Positions 9,616 to 19,659 of a stretch of DNA of 64,000 bases are shown in pieces. The DNA lies in contig CAZQGS010000045.1 in the NCBI GenBank assembly GCA_964593235.1, positions 2,121 through 66,120 of the forward strand. Reading direction: 5' to 3'. The notes under the pieces are model-generated. The model was given only the letters and a program-made list of their open reading frames with translations. It did not search any database and was not told the origin of the DNA. The stretch comes from an uncultured Gemmatimonadota bacterium. Its GTDB lineage: Bacteria; JAAXHH01. The position numbers and the translations under genes are program-made. Numbering within the stretch: the stretch's first letter is position 1; the number at the start of each line of letters is the position of its first letter.

Positions 9616-10881
9616 TCAAAGTCCTTTTGCTCCAATATCTCTTCGGAAGTACTGGTTATCAAATTTTACATATTCAACAGCATGGTAGGCCCTGCTAATC
9701 GAACTCTGTAGGTCTTCAGCCAAAGCAGTTATACCAAGAATTCTACCCCCATTCGTAATCAATTGACCATCTTTAAGGGCGGTATCAGCATGGAATGCGA
9801 AGACATCATCCATTGTATTTAAAAAATCTAAACCCGAAATATTCTGACCCTTCTGGTAGGAACCTGGATAACCTTGGGAAGCCATCACAACACAAGTGGC
9901 CGTTTTATTTTTCCACGACAGAGCCTTGGAACATAATTTCCCTTCACTCACACTCAAAGCTAACTTCATTAGATCATTCTCTAAAAGCGGTAAAATCACC
10001 TGGGCTTCTGGATCACCAAACCGGCTATTAAATTCCACTACTTTAGGACCATCCGCAGTAATCATAATTCCGCAGTATAGCACACCTCTGTATATCCGAC
10101 CCCGTTTTCTCATTCCAGTTATTGTAGGCTCAATGATACGAGTTGCTATCTCAGCTAACATTTCTTCATTAATAATCGGCGCAGGGGCATAGGCTCCCAT
10201 CCCACCGGTATTGGGCCCAGTATCACCTTCGTTTATAGCTTTATGGTCCTGCGAAGGTAATAGTGTAACCCAGTTCTTGCCATCAGTAAGCGCAAATATA
10301 GAAGCTTCTTCCCCTCGCATGAAATCCTCAATTACAACTTTGCTACCAGCCTTACCATACAACTTTGCTGTCATTATATCCTCAAGAGCATGAAGTGCTT
10401 CATCTAAGGTATTACAAACCAAAGCACCTTTACCTCCGGCTAATCCATCTACCTTAATAACTATAGGAGCGCCCCGTTCCTTGATATAATTTCGTGCTTT
10501 ACTAACATCCGTAAACACGGAAAAATCGGCAGTTGGAATATTATCTTCTAACATCATTTGTTTAGCAAAAGCCTTGCTCCATTCTATTTCAGCGGCTGCT
10601 CGAGTGGGGCCAAAAGCTCGGATCCCAATGTTTTCAATTGCATCTACCACACCAGCTTCTAATGAACCGTCCGGTCCTACAAAAACAAGATCAATATTTT
10701 TGTCTTGGGCAAATTTCGTCAGGCCGTTTATATCCTCAGCATCAATTGGAACACATTGGCCCAGACTTTCGATTCCTGGATTTCCCGGTGCGGCATAAAT
10801 ATTTTTAACAAGACAAGATTTCTCTAACGCCCAGGCTATCGCATGCTCTCTTCCACCTTTGCCCACTACCAATACATTCAT
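9616..10881 (-). CDS. purD: Phosphoribosylamine--glycine ligase
   Basis: GGREHAI, APGNPG, SQDHK, GPNTGGMGAYAP, EFNSRFGDPE. Start ATG 10881 after GGGAG. Confidence 0.97.
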   Translation of the reverse strand: MNVLVVGKGGREHAIAWALEKSCLVKNIYAAPGNPGIESLGQCVPIDAEDINGLTKFAQDKNIDLVFVGPDGSLEAGVVDAIENIGIRAFGPTRAAAEIEWSKAFAKQMMLEDNIPTADFSVFTDVSKARNYIKERGAPIVIKVDGLAGGKGALVCNTLDEALHALEDIMTAKLYGKAGSKVVIEDFMRGEEASIFALTDGKNWVTLLPSQDHKAINEGDTGPNTGGMGAYAPAPIINEEMLAEIATRIIEPTITGMRKRGRIYRGVLYCGIMITADGPKVVEFNSRFGDPEAQVILPLLENDLMKLALSVSEGKLCSKALSWKNKTATCVVMASQGYPGSYQKGQNISGLDFLNTMDDVFAFHADTALKDGQLITNGGRILGITALAEDLQSSISRAYHAVEYVKFDNQYFRRDIGAKGL

Positions 10882-11048
10882 AGTATCTCCCAATTAACAA
10901 CTATGTATATCAGCTGCCAACGCCGTAATATTCGATGGACAATTCATCTATGTTATTTGACTACGTATGTAGGACTGAGTATTCCTTTAAGCTGGATGTC
11001 AACATCGGACAGGACTACTCTCATAAACCAACCTCTTGGAGGTCTGCA

Positions 11049-11077
11049 ATAATAAGGAATAAACCCATTAATGTCAA
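11049..11077 (-). promoter_or_regulatory. Sigma-70 promoter for the purD-tsaC-GT9-XPB operon
   Basis: Minus strand TTGACA-17 nt-TATTAT. Confidence 0.7.
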
Positions 11078-11121
11078 GGTCAGAACTTCTAAATCCTATC
11101 TACCTGATTCACCAAAAATCA

Positions 11122-11149
11122 TTGACATAGATCGTTGTTACTTTAGTAT
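11122..11149 (+). promoter_or_regulatory. Sigma-70 promoter candidate for the S41 protease operon (divergent from the purD promoter)
   Basis: TTGACA-16 nt-TAGTAT. Confidence 0.5.
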
Positions 11150-11265
11150 TATGGGATCCGGAAATTTTTTACGAAACCCTTCTTTCTAATCCCGCTCGTT
11201 GTCCTTATATATTAAAACCTTCAAGGGATCCAGGACAGAATATTATGGATGAGGAGTCCACATAA

Positions 11266-12873
11266 ATGTTGTCTCGAATTAAACCAAAATTTTGTGTCAT
11301 TGTAGTGATGGTTGCGGTAAGCTCATTTATACTGGGTATTACAGCTAATAAGACCCTTCATGCTGCCGATAACATCTATGCTAGTACTAAACTATTAATG
11401 GGAGTACTCAGTCTAGTTAATAATGAGTATGTGGATCAAATTGAACCAGAAAAATTAATTTACGGTGCCATTGATGGCATGCTGGAGGTTCTTGATCCCC
11501 ATTCTAATTTTCTTAGCAAAGAAAGTTTTGCTGAAATGGGAGAACGGTTCAGCGGAAAATTTTATGGAATAGGCATAGAATTTGATATCCTTGATGGATT
11601 CCTTCATGTAATTTCTGTAATCGAAAACTCTCCATCAGAAACAGTAGGCTTACAGTCAGGTGATAGGATTGTCAAGATAGATGGAGAATCAGCGATAGGA
11701 ATTAAACATGATGAAGTACGCAAGAAGCTACGTGGAGAGAAAGGAACCAAGGTCAACGTAACTGTTGAGAGAACGGGTGTTAATGACCACTTAAATTTAA
11801 CTATCATACGAGATCGCATTCCGATACGAAGTGTTCGATCGGCGATAATCCTTGAAGATAATACTGGCTACATCCAAATGATTCGGTTTGCCAAAACAAC
11901 ATCCCGAGAACTAGAAAGTGCCTTAGCCAAACTACAATTGGAAGGTATGGAGCAATTAATTTTAGATTTAAGGGGGAACTCTGGAGGCTACCTTGACCAG
12001 GCAGTAGAAGTCTCAAGCAAGTTTATCCCTGAAGGTCAAATAATAGTTGAAACCATGGGTAGGCATGCCCATTCAAAAAAGACATTTAGGTCCATAAGCG
12101 GAATTGATCACCTAAAAATGCCTCTAGTCATAATGCTAGACCATCGATCTGCCTCGGCTTCTGAGATAGTTGCCGGAGCCGTACAAGATTGGGATCGTGG
12201 TGTAATAGCTGGGACTCGTAGCTTCGGCAAGGGACTTGTGCAGACAGTCTTTGCTGAACCATACCTGAAAGATGGTTCAGCTCTAAAACTAACCACAGCC
12301 CGTTACTATACCCCAAGTGGTAGAATGATACAACGAGACTACAAAAACCAATCCTTCAAAGAATATATTGAAGGCTCGTATTCCAATCCTGAAGAAGAAA
12401 CTCTTAACGGTAAGGATCGCGAGGTCTTTACCACAGCAAACGGACGAAAAGTATTTGGAGATGGTGGAATAACACCGGATATAATATTAAAACTCCCAAA
12501 ACGAAATTACCCCTTCGTCATTGGCAATTACCGTGGTTGGGTTCCATTTGACCGAGCTTGTTTCGAATTTGCCACAGCTTATGGGGCCACTCGACCAGAT
12601 CTCAAAGATGACTTTGACTTTTTCCTTAAAGAATTCCAAGTTGATAAAACAATGCTTGAAACCTTTAAAACTCAGGTACGGAAATCCGGCATAGATTTTA
12701 TGGAAAAAGATTTTGATGCTGACCTGGATGTTATTGAGCTACAGTTAAAACGTTCTCTGGCCCGAAATCTGTGGGGGGACGACGAAGCTAGTCGGATTGC
12801 TGCATCGGGTGACACCCAGATACAGCAAGTGCTTGATTTGTTTCAGACCCACACTATGCTAATGCCCAAATGA
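11266..12873 (+). CDS. S41 C-terminal processing peptidase (CtpA/Prc-like) with PDZ
   Basis: LDPHS, GIGIEF PDZ, DLRGNSGG, SASASEIVAGA, SFGKGLVQ, LTTARYYTPSGR. Confidence 0.92.
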   Translation: MLSRIKPKFCVIVVMVAVSSFILGITANKTLHAADNIYASTKLLMGVLSLVNNEYVDQIEPEKLIYGAIDGMLEVLDPHSNFLSKESFAEMGERFSGKFYGIGIEFDILDGFLHVISVIENSPSETVGLQSGDRIVKIDGESAIGIKHDEVRKKLRGEKGTKVNVTVERTGVNDHLNLTIIRDRIPIRSVRSAIILEDNTGYIQMIRFAKTTSRELESALAKLQLEGMEQLILDLRGNSGGYLDQAVEVSSKFIPEGQIIVETMGRHAHSKKTFRSISGIDHLKMPLVIMLDHRSASASEIVAGAVQDWDRGVIAGTRSFGKGLVQTVFAEPYLKDGSALKLTTARYYTPSGRMIQRDYKNQSFKEYIEGSYSNPEEETLNGKDREVFTTANGRKVFGDGGITPDIILKLPKRNYPFVIGNYRGWVPFDRACFEFATAYGATRPDLKDDFDFFLKEFQVDKTMLETFKTQVRKSGIDFMEKDFDADLDVIELQLKRSLARNLWGDDEASRIAASGDTQIQQVLDLFQTHTMLMPK

Positions 12874-12928
12874 TTTGCGTCAGGGGAACATTACTTTTAT
12901 AAGTGCAGACTCCTAAGACCGGTAAGGA

Positions 12929-15900
12929 ATGACTGTGTCCAGTAAATCTTCCCAACCCACCCGGATTGAATTAGGTAAACGCCTTCACATTCTCCGAATC
13001 CGAAGTCGATGGATACTTTTTGGTGAAGGGCTATTAATGGTGGGGGCGATAGCCTGTTGCCTAACCTTAGCCCTCAGTGCGTTTGAAGCGTGGTTTTACT
13101 TTAGCTCTCTAACTCGAACGATTATTGCAGCCACAACGTTGGGACTTACTGTAGGTTTGTTATACTGGAAATGTATATGGCCTTCTGTAAAAAACATCAC
13201 GGATCAAACACTCGCTAGAAAGGTTGACCAGCGATTTCCTGAGGTTAATAATAAGGTCACCTTAGCTATACAACTCTCTAAGCAACGTCAGGAGGGAAGC
13301 AGTTCGTCCCCTCAACTTCTAGATGCTGCGATTCAAGCAACAGAGGAATCTACTAGTGGACTTGATTTTAACCAAGCGGATCAAAAACCTCGTGTTTTGA
13401 GGGCGGCTAAATGGTTTGGGGCATCACTACTACTTTTGTTAGTCGTAATGGTGGGGTATACTAACCCCCTGTGGGGTGCTATCTACCGGCTGGCAAACCC
13501 ATTAACTAATTTCCCATCTCCCCAATTAACAGTTCTAAATGTTCTTCCTGGAGATGTAGAATTAACCAAGGGAAGCCATATAAGTATAACTACTAAAACA
13601 CAGGGAGAAATTCCCCCAAAAGCACTTCTCTACCTCACAACAGATGCTGGAGTTTTGAATACCGTAGAAATGAAAAGAGTAGGACCTCTTTCCTTCATCC
13701 ATAAAATTGCTGGAATCAACCAAAGCTTTAACTATAAAATTCAAGCCGGAGATGCCATAAGTGATCAGTATAGAATTAATGTGATTACCCGCCCTAGTAT
13801 CGATTCAATCCATTTACGTTATAAATTCCCAGATTACACCAAAAAGAAAGAAAAAACAACTACAGGTGGAGGAGATATTGTTGCTCTGAAGGGGACTCAA
13901 GTAGATGTAACGGTATTAGAAAACCAAGAAAACATTTCAAAAGCCCAGCTCTATTTGGAAAACAATACTAATTCTGTACCAATGGAAGTAACAAATAACT
14001 CAGCAAAAGGGGCTCTTATAATAGAGAATGATCACCGTTATCGGATTGCCCTCCATAATACAGCTGGATATGAGAATATTAATCCGATCTGGTACAAAAT
14101 TATTGCCCTCCCGGATAGAGAACCCTCTGTTCGTATTCTGAACCCAGCTCCCGAATTCGAACTCACTGAGAATATGGTCGTACCGATTTTGATATCAGCT
14201 ACTGATGACTATGGATTCTCTGCTTTAGATTTGGTCTATCAAAAAGAACCCAATGGCAATGTAATAAAGATTAATATCCCCTTCGATAAAAACGCTACCA
14301 TTCTAAGGGTGCCTTTCATCTGGGATTTATCCACCGAGAACATACTCCCGAATGGTGTTATTTCTTACCATATCGAATTATATGATAACGATACTGTATC
14401 AGGCCCAAAAAAATCAAAAAGCCGAACCAATATAGTACGTTTCCCTTCACTTGAAGAGATTTACAAAAGAATAGATACTAACCAGAACGAACAAGTTTCG
14501 GAAATGGTTGAAATGGTAAACGAGCAAGAAGTCGTCAAAGAAAAACTGGAAGTACTCAATCGATCTCTCAATCGAAAATCAAAACTAGATCCTTCTGCAG
14601 AACAAATTTTAAGCCCCGATCAAAAAACTGAAATTAATTCGGTTCTTAAACAACAGGAACAAGCTACTGATAATCTCCTAAGGGCAGCAGATAACATCAG
14701 ACGTGCCATGGAACAACTTCAAGATCACGATAACCAGAGCCAAGAATTAATCCAAAGGATGAAACAACTTAGGGAATTATTTCAAGAGATAGCAACCCCC
14801 GAGCTTCTAAAGGCAATGCGCGACCTAAAACAGGCACTTCAATCTGTTGATCAGAAGAGCCTTAAAAATTCCATGAAAGAATTCAAAGATGAGCAGGAAG
14901 AATTTTTAAAGAGATTAGAGCGAAGTCTTTCTATGCTTAAACGTATCCAGAGTGAACAACAACTGAGTGCGGCTATTGGAAAATCTCACGAACTGACTGT
15001 TCGTCAACAAGAGTTAGCTGAAGCATCAAGGCAAATCCCAACTAATTCAAAGGAAATTAAACTTTCAGAAAAACAGTTGCTTCTTCGGAACGATCTTAAT
15101 TCCCTCCAGAATGATCTAGAACAACTAGCAATAAACATGGAAAAGTATAGAGACATGCCTGTTGATAAAATTCATGATGCATCCAAAAAAATTGTAATGG
15201 ATCAAATGGAATCCCGGATGAACCAAATTAGTAACCAGTTGAAATTAGGTAGAATTAAAAAAGCCCTTACTGGACAAAAGCTAATGACCGAATCACTGTC
15301 TGGGTTACACCAATATTTGAAGCAAGTACAAGATCAAATCAAGGAAGACCAGCTGCAAAAGATCACGATCGAAATGAAAGATGCTATGTATAATCTGGTC
15401 CTGCTTTCTAAAAGCCAGGAGTCGCTAATTTACCGTACTCAGTTTCCTGGGAGGAATGATACTCATATCTCTATAGTTTCTGGTGATCAGCAAGATTTGA
15501 TTAAAGGTGCAAACTTTGCTGCTAACAAAATTGTAACAACTGGCCAGAAAACTTTTTTAATTTCTTCTAATATTGAGAGATTTCTCGGTAAAACATTAAA
15601 TAGTATGCAAAGGGCGGTGGAGTACCTGGCTGAGCATAAACGTGACACTGCCTCTCAAGAACAGGCAACCGCTATGGGGGCACTTAACGAAGCTGTTTTG
15701 GCCTTGGGTTCAGCCCTTAAAAAAATGTCCGAATCTAGCTCTTCTTCAGCAATGATGGAACTCATTGAACGGCTCCAGCGAATAGCTGGCCAACAGACTA
15801 ACATTAATAGCCAAGTAAATCAATTAATTAATGAAACAGATAACAAATCAGAACTAAAAGACCGGCAACAAATTGCCCGACTTAGTGTCCAACAAGATGC

Positions 15901-16309
15901 TTTAAGAAAAAGTTTAAGACAAATCCAAAAAGAACAAGGAGACTATAAAGGGCAGATCTTGGGAAGATTAGACCAAATAGAAAAAGAGATGGCCAAAACT
16001 GTCAAGGAATTACAAGAAAATCACATCAATTCAAGATTAGCTCAACGTCAACAAAAGATTTTATCCAGATTATTAGACGCCTCTCGAGCGATTCGACGTC
16101 AGAACCGTGAAGAAAAGCGAATAGCAAAACCAGGGGAATTTTTAGGAACATTCACACCCAGCCCTCTTCCTGACGAACTGGTCCGAATCAATCATACAAT
16201 CGGGCAAGACATCTATCGTGAGATTGAGCAGGGAAACTATCCTCGGGAATATGAGGAGCTTATTCGAGCCTATTTTCGGGCATTAGCAGACAACCCGATA
16301 AACAACTAA
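12929..16309 (+). CDS. Large membrane-anchored protein with Ig-like beta domains and a long coiled coil (DUF4175-like)
   Basis: N-terminal TM helices, beta-rich middle (ATDDYG, YDNDTVSGPK), Q/E/L-rich coiled coil, C-terminal YPREYEELIRAYFRAL. Confidence 0.65.
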   Translation: MTVSSKSSQPTRIELGKRLHILRIRSRWILFGEGLLMVGAIACCLTLALSAFEAWFYFSSLTRTIIAATTLGLTVGLLYWKCIWPSVKNITDQTLARKVDQRFPEVNNKVTLAIQLSKQRQEGSSSSPQLLDAAIQATEESTSGLDFNQADQKPRVLRAAKWFGASLLLLLVVMVGYTNPLWGAIYRLANPLTNFPSPQLTVLNVLPGDVELTKGSHISITTKTQGEIPPKALLYLTTDAGVLNTVEMKRVGPLSFIHKIAGINQSFNYKIQAGDAISDQYRINVITRPSIDSIHLRYKFPDYTKKKEKTTTGGGDIVALKGTQVDVTVLENQENISKAQLYLENNTNSVPMEVTNNSAKGALIIENDHRYRIALHNTAGYENINPIWYKIIALPDREPSVRILNPAPEFELTENMVVPILISATDDYGFSALDLVYQKEPNGNVIKINIPFDKNATILRVPFIWDLSTENILPNGVISYHIELYDNDTVSGPKKSKSRTNIVRFPSLEEIYKRIDTNQNEQVSEMVEMVNEQEVVKEKLEVLNRSLNRKSKLDPSAEQILSPDQKTEINSVLKQQEQATDNLLRAADNIRRAMEQLQDHDNQSQELIQRMKQLRELFQEIATPELLKAMRDLKQALQSVDQKSLKNSMKEFKDEQEEFLKRLERSLSMLKRIQSEQQLSAAIGKSHELTVRQQELAEASRQIPTNSKEIKLSEKQLLLRNDLNSLQNDLEQLAINMEKYRDMPVDKIHDASKKIVMDQMESRMNQISNQLKLGRIKKALTGQKLMTESLSGLHQYLKQVQDQIKEDQLQKITIEMKDAMYNLVLLSKSQESLIYRTQFPGRNDTHISIVSGDQQDLIKGANFAANKIVTTGQKTFLISSNIERFLGKTLNSMQRAVEYLAEHKRDTASQEQATAMGALNEAVLALGSALKKMSESSSSSAMMELIERLQRIAGQQTNINSQVNQLINETDNKSELKDRQQIARLSVQQDALRKSLRQIQKEQGDYKGQILGRLDQIEKEMAKTVKELQENHINSRLAQRQQKILSRLLDASRAIRRQNREEKRIAKPGEFLGTFTPSPLPDELVRINHTIGQDIYREIEQGNYPREYEELIRAYFRALADNPINN

Positions 16310-16316
16310 ACCAATA

Positions 16317-18143
16317 ATGATTTTATCTTATCTAGTATCAATAATTAATACTAAAATCCTAATATTAAACCTTTTTCTTCTATGTTTCTGCTTAACTGCA
16401 CAAGGTCAGACTAACAGAGCTTTAGAAATTAACAAAAAGCTGAAGGAGGCTAATTCACTCGCTAGACTCCACAAATATAGCCAAGCTATAGGGCTCCTAG
16501 AAAAAACCTCAAAAGAAGCGCCTAACGACCTATCAGTAATAAATAGCTTGATCCGCCTCTACTTGGACACCGAAAAGTACGACGAAGCAATCTTTTTATT
16601 GAAACACCATTTGCAGAGGTTACCCAATAATATCAGTTTACACCGGAAACTAGCAGACGCTTTCTACCTAACAGGTCAATTTGAAAAAGCTGAAGAAACT
16701 ATTCAAACCTTAATTATTCGTTCTCCCCAAAATGAAAGTGTTGTTCATCAGATTGGATCGTTATACACCAAATGGAAGTGGTATGAAAAAGCTGCCCAGT
16801 TTTATCTAGCTGCCCGACAAAGAATAGCTAAACCTGATGCTTTTTCGATTCAACTAGCTGGACTCTATACAAAGACCCTAGACATAACTAGGGGTACAGA
16901 AGAATATGTCCGGTGGTTAGTGCTTAACCCTTCCCGTTTTAATCTAGTAAGTGATCGTCTGGATCAACTGGTTGAATTCAGTACTCAATCACTTGTAGAA
17001 CAGTCTTTAATAAATTCTGTATCTGAATACCAGAATAGTCAGGTTGTGTATGATCTTTTCGGAGATTTTTATCTCCGAAATAAAAGACCGGCAAAAGCCT
17101 TAACACAATATCATAGAGCAAACCAACTTGATAATTCTAGTGGCAAACACCTTATTCAATTTGCAAAAAGAGCAAAACAGGAGGGATACCTGGAGGAAGC
17201 TATGCAGGTGTATCTAGACCTAATTCAAACTCGAGTAAACAATTCTATTAAACCAGGAATAATGATTAGACTTGCAGAAATTTATCAAGAAAAAGGAAAC
17301 AATAGTAAGGCTTTAGCTAGCTATCAAGACATCTTGGATCATTATCCAGAAAGTAGATATCACGACACCGCAAAAATTAATCTTGCCGGGCTTTATCTTA
17401 ATACGCTACATAACCCACTAAAAGCGCTAGACCTATACCAATCTCTCTTAACCAAGTCTACGGATTCAGAGTTAAAAGAAAATGCTATTTTAGGTGCAGC
17501 AAAAGGGTTGATAACCATTGGAAGGTTAGATGGGGCGAACAAATACTTTAACCAAATTCTTAACTCTAAATCTACAAACTCCGAAAACAAGGTTTTGGCA
17601 AAACTACATTTGGGAGAAATTGCACTCTATCAGGGGCGAATAGATGATGCACTTAATCATTTTTATGAACTAGCCGATCAGAAGACAGCCAGTGTGTATG
17701 CCAATGACGCACTAGAATGGATATTATTGCTAGATGAAATTAAATTAAGTAAAGAAGATTCAATCGAGGAATATATCAGTTCCGTTTTACTCCAATCTCA
17801 ATTTAGGGATAATGAAGCTCTGGATGCCTGTAAACGTTATATCCAAGAATATCCTGGAAGTGTGATCCGTGATACAGTTTTACGCAATATTGGTTTGATC
17901 CTTCTACGTCTGGATAAACCTTACCAAGCCGTTGCGGCATTTAGAAACTTGATCCAGTCACACCCAAAAAGTTCACATTTATTTAGAGTCCATTGGCAGA
18001 TAGCAGAAACTTTCGAAACTAAGATTGGCGATATATCCCAAGCTATGAATTCATATGAAACAATACTAATTTCCTTTCCAGACCATTTTAACAATGGTTC
18101 GGTTAGACGTAAAATCAAACAGCTTTCCAAAAACTATGACTAA
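16317..18143 (+). CDS. Secreted tetratricopeptide repeat protein
   Basis: Signal peptide and many TPR-like repeats (LAEIY...KALASYQDILDHYP). Confidence 0.8.
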   Translation: MILSYLVSIINTKILILNLFLLCFCLTAQGQTNRALEINKKLKEANSLARLHKYSQAIGLLEKTSKEAPNDLSVINSLIRLYLDTEKYDEAIFLLKHHLQRLPNNISLHRKLADAFYLTGQFEKAEETIQTLIIRSPQNESVVHQIGSLYTKWKWYEKAAQFYLAARQRIAKPDAFSIQLAGLYTKTLDITRGTEEYVRWLVLNPSRFNLVSDRLDQLVEFSTQSLVEQSLINSVSEYQNSQVVYDLFGDFYLRNKRPAKALTQYHRANQLDNSSGKHLIQFAKRAKQEGYLEEAMQVYLDLIQTRVNNSIKPGIMIRLAEIYQEKGNNSKALASYQDILDHYPESRYHDTAKINLAGLYLNTLHNPLKALDLYQSLLTKSTDSELKENAILGAAKGLITIGRLDGANKYFNQILNSKSTNSENKVLAKLHLGEIALYQGRIDDALNHFYELADQKTASVYANDALEWILLLDEIKLSKEDSIEEYISSVLLQSQFRDNEALDACKRYIQEYPGSVIRDTVLRNIGLILLRLDKPYQAVAAFRNLIQSHPKSSHLFRVHWQIAETFETKIGDISQAMNSYETILISFPDHFNNGSVRRKIKQLSKNYD

Positions 18144-19575
18144 AAACACTCTGACCACGTCTCCATCCCTCCATATCCATATGATTGCTATATGCGGCAC
18201 TGCTATGGGTCCCTTTGCCTTAATGCTTAAAGAAAAGGGACATCGGATTACTGGAAGCGATGAAAATATATACCCACCCATCAGTACAATGCTTCAAGAC
18301 CACCAGATACCTATTTTTAGCAAATTCCAGGCATCCAACTTAGAACCTAAACCCGACCTGGTAATAATAGGCAATGCTGTATCACGAGGCAATCCCGAAG
18401 CCGAAGCAGTTTTGGAACAGAAAATCAGATATGTATCCTTGCCAGAGGCGATAAAAAATTTCTTTTTATGGGAACATAAATCAATTGTTGTGGCTGGGAC
18501 TCATGGTAAAACCACAACTACCTCCATGTTAGCCTGGGTTTTTACCCAAGCCGAGCTAAAACCCAGCTATATTATAGGTGGGATACCCATCGGAATGAAA
18601 TCTGGTACGCAGCTAGGTTCGGGAGATTTCTTTATTCTAGAGGGAGACGAATATGATAGTGCCTTTTTTGATAAACGAGCTAAATTTCTTCATTACCTAC
18701 CTGATACTGTAGTCATTAACAATATTGAATATGATCATGCAGATATTTATAATTCTCTGGAGGAAATAGTTCTTTCATTCAAGAGATTAGTCAACACTAT
18801 CCCATTGAACGGGTTTCTAACTGGGCCTCTGGATGACAAAAATTTTCTTGAGCTCGCGTCCAATGCATTCTGTCCGGTCGAGTTAATAGGGGAAGCTCCG
18901 CAAGCTAAATGGTCGGCAGATAATATTACTGTTAACTCGATGGGAACTTCTTTTGATCTCTATGAGTGTGGAATCTTACGGTGTAGACTTTCTATCCGGC
19001 TTCTGGGCATCCATAATGTAAAAAACACCCTAGCTGTTGTGGCAGTAGCTCGGCACTATGGAATTGATTGGGATAAAATAGTTGATAGTCTAGGGAGTTT
19101 TACCGGGGTTAGACGCCGCCTGGAGATAAAAGGAGAGGTGAATGATATCACAGTTTATGATGATTTCGCCCATCACCCTACGGCGGTGAATTCAACATTA
19201 GAAGCCTTGGATCAAGCCTTTCCTAAGGAAAAAATTTGGGCGGTCTTCGAACCCCGAACAGCTACATCAATCCGCCGAATCTTTCAGGAGGCGTATATTG
19301 CTGCTTTTGATCACGCAGATTTTGTTATTATAGCACCAGCATTCAAGTTGGAAAAAGCTCCGTTTGAAAACCGTTTCTCAGTGGAAGAATTAGTTTTAGA
19401 GCTTCTAGATCGGGGGGTCAAAGCCCGAGCAATACCAAGTATCGATTTGATCGTTTCATACCTTGGTAAGAATGTAAAAAAAGGAAATAAGATTGTGTTT
19501 ATGAGCAACGGTGGGTTTGGCAATATCCACGATAAAATGTTGAATCACCTAGCCTCACTTGAACAAATTGTTTGA
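18136..19575 (+). CDS. mpl: UDP-MurNAc:L-Ala-gamma-D-Glu-meso-DAP ligase (murein peptide ligase)
   Basis: HMIAICGTAMG, GSDENIYPP, GNAVSRGNPE, GTHGKTTT, EGDEYDSAFFDKRAKF, DDFAHHPTA, MSNGGFG. Confidence 0.9.
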   Translation: MTKNTLTTSPSLHIHMIAICGTAMGPFALMLKEKGHRITGSDENIYPPISTMLQDHQIPIFSKFQASNLEPKPDLVIIGNAVSRGNPEAEAVLEQKIRYVSLPEAIKNFFLWEHKSIVVAGTHGKTTTTSMLAWVFTQAELKPSYIIGGIPIGMKSGTQLGSGDFFILEGDEYDSAFFDKRAKFLHYLPDTVVINNIEYDHADIYNSLEEIVLSFKRLVNTIPLNGFLTGPLDDKNFLELASNAFCPVELIGEAPQAKWSADNITVNSMGTSFDLYECGILRCRLSIRLLGIHNVKNTLAVVAVARHYGIDWDKIVDSLGSFTGVRRRLEIKGEVNDITVYDDFAHHPTAVNSTLEALDQAFPKEKIWAVFEPRTATSIRRIFQEAYIAAFDHADFVIIAPAFKLEKAPFENRFSVEELVLELLDRGVKARAIPSIDLIVSYLGKNVKKGNKIVFMSNGGFGNIHDKMLNHLASLEQIV

Positions 19576-19659
19576 TCAGCCTTAGGTTCTGTATGTATCA
19601 AAGTTTTTTTCTATTTCTGTCATTCCCAATAATAAAAACCTTTGAAAGAAAGAAATTGT

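Noticed and set aside
10843-11189. Short + strand ORFs (69 and 84 aa) upstream of the S41 protease
   Set aside because: They overlap two divergent promoters and the purD leader, and have no recognisable motifs or SD.
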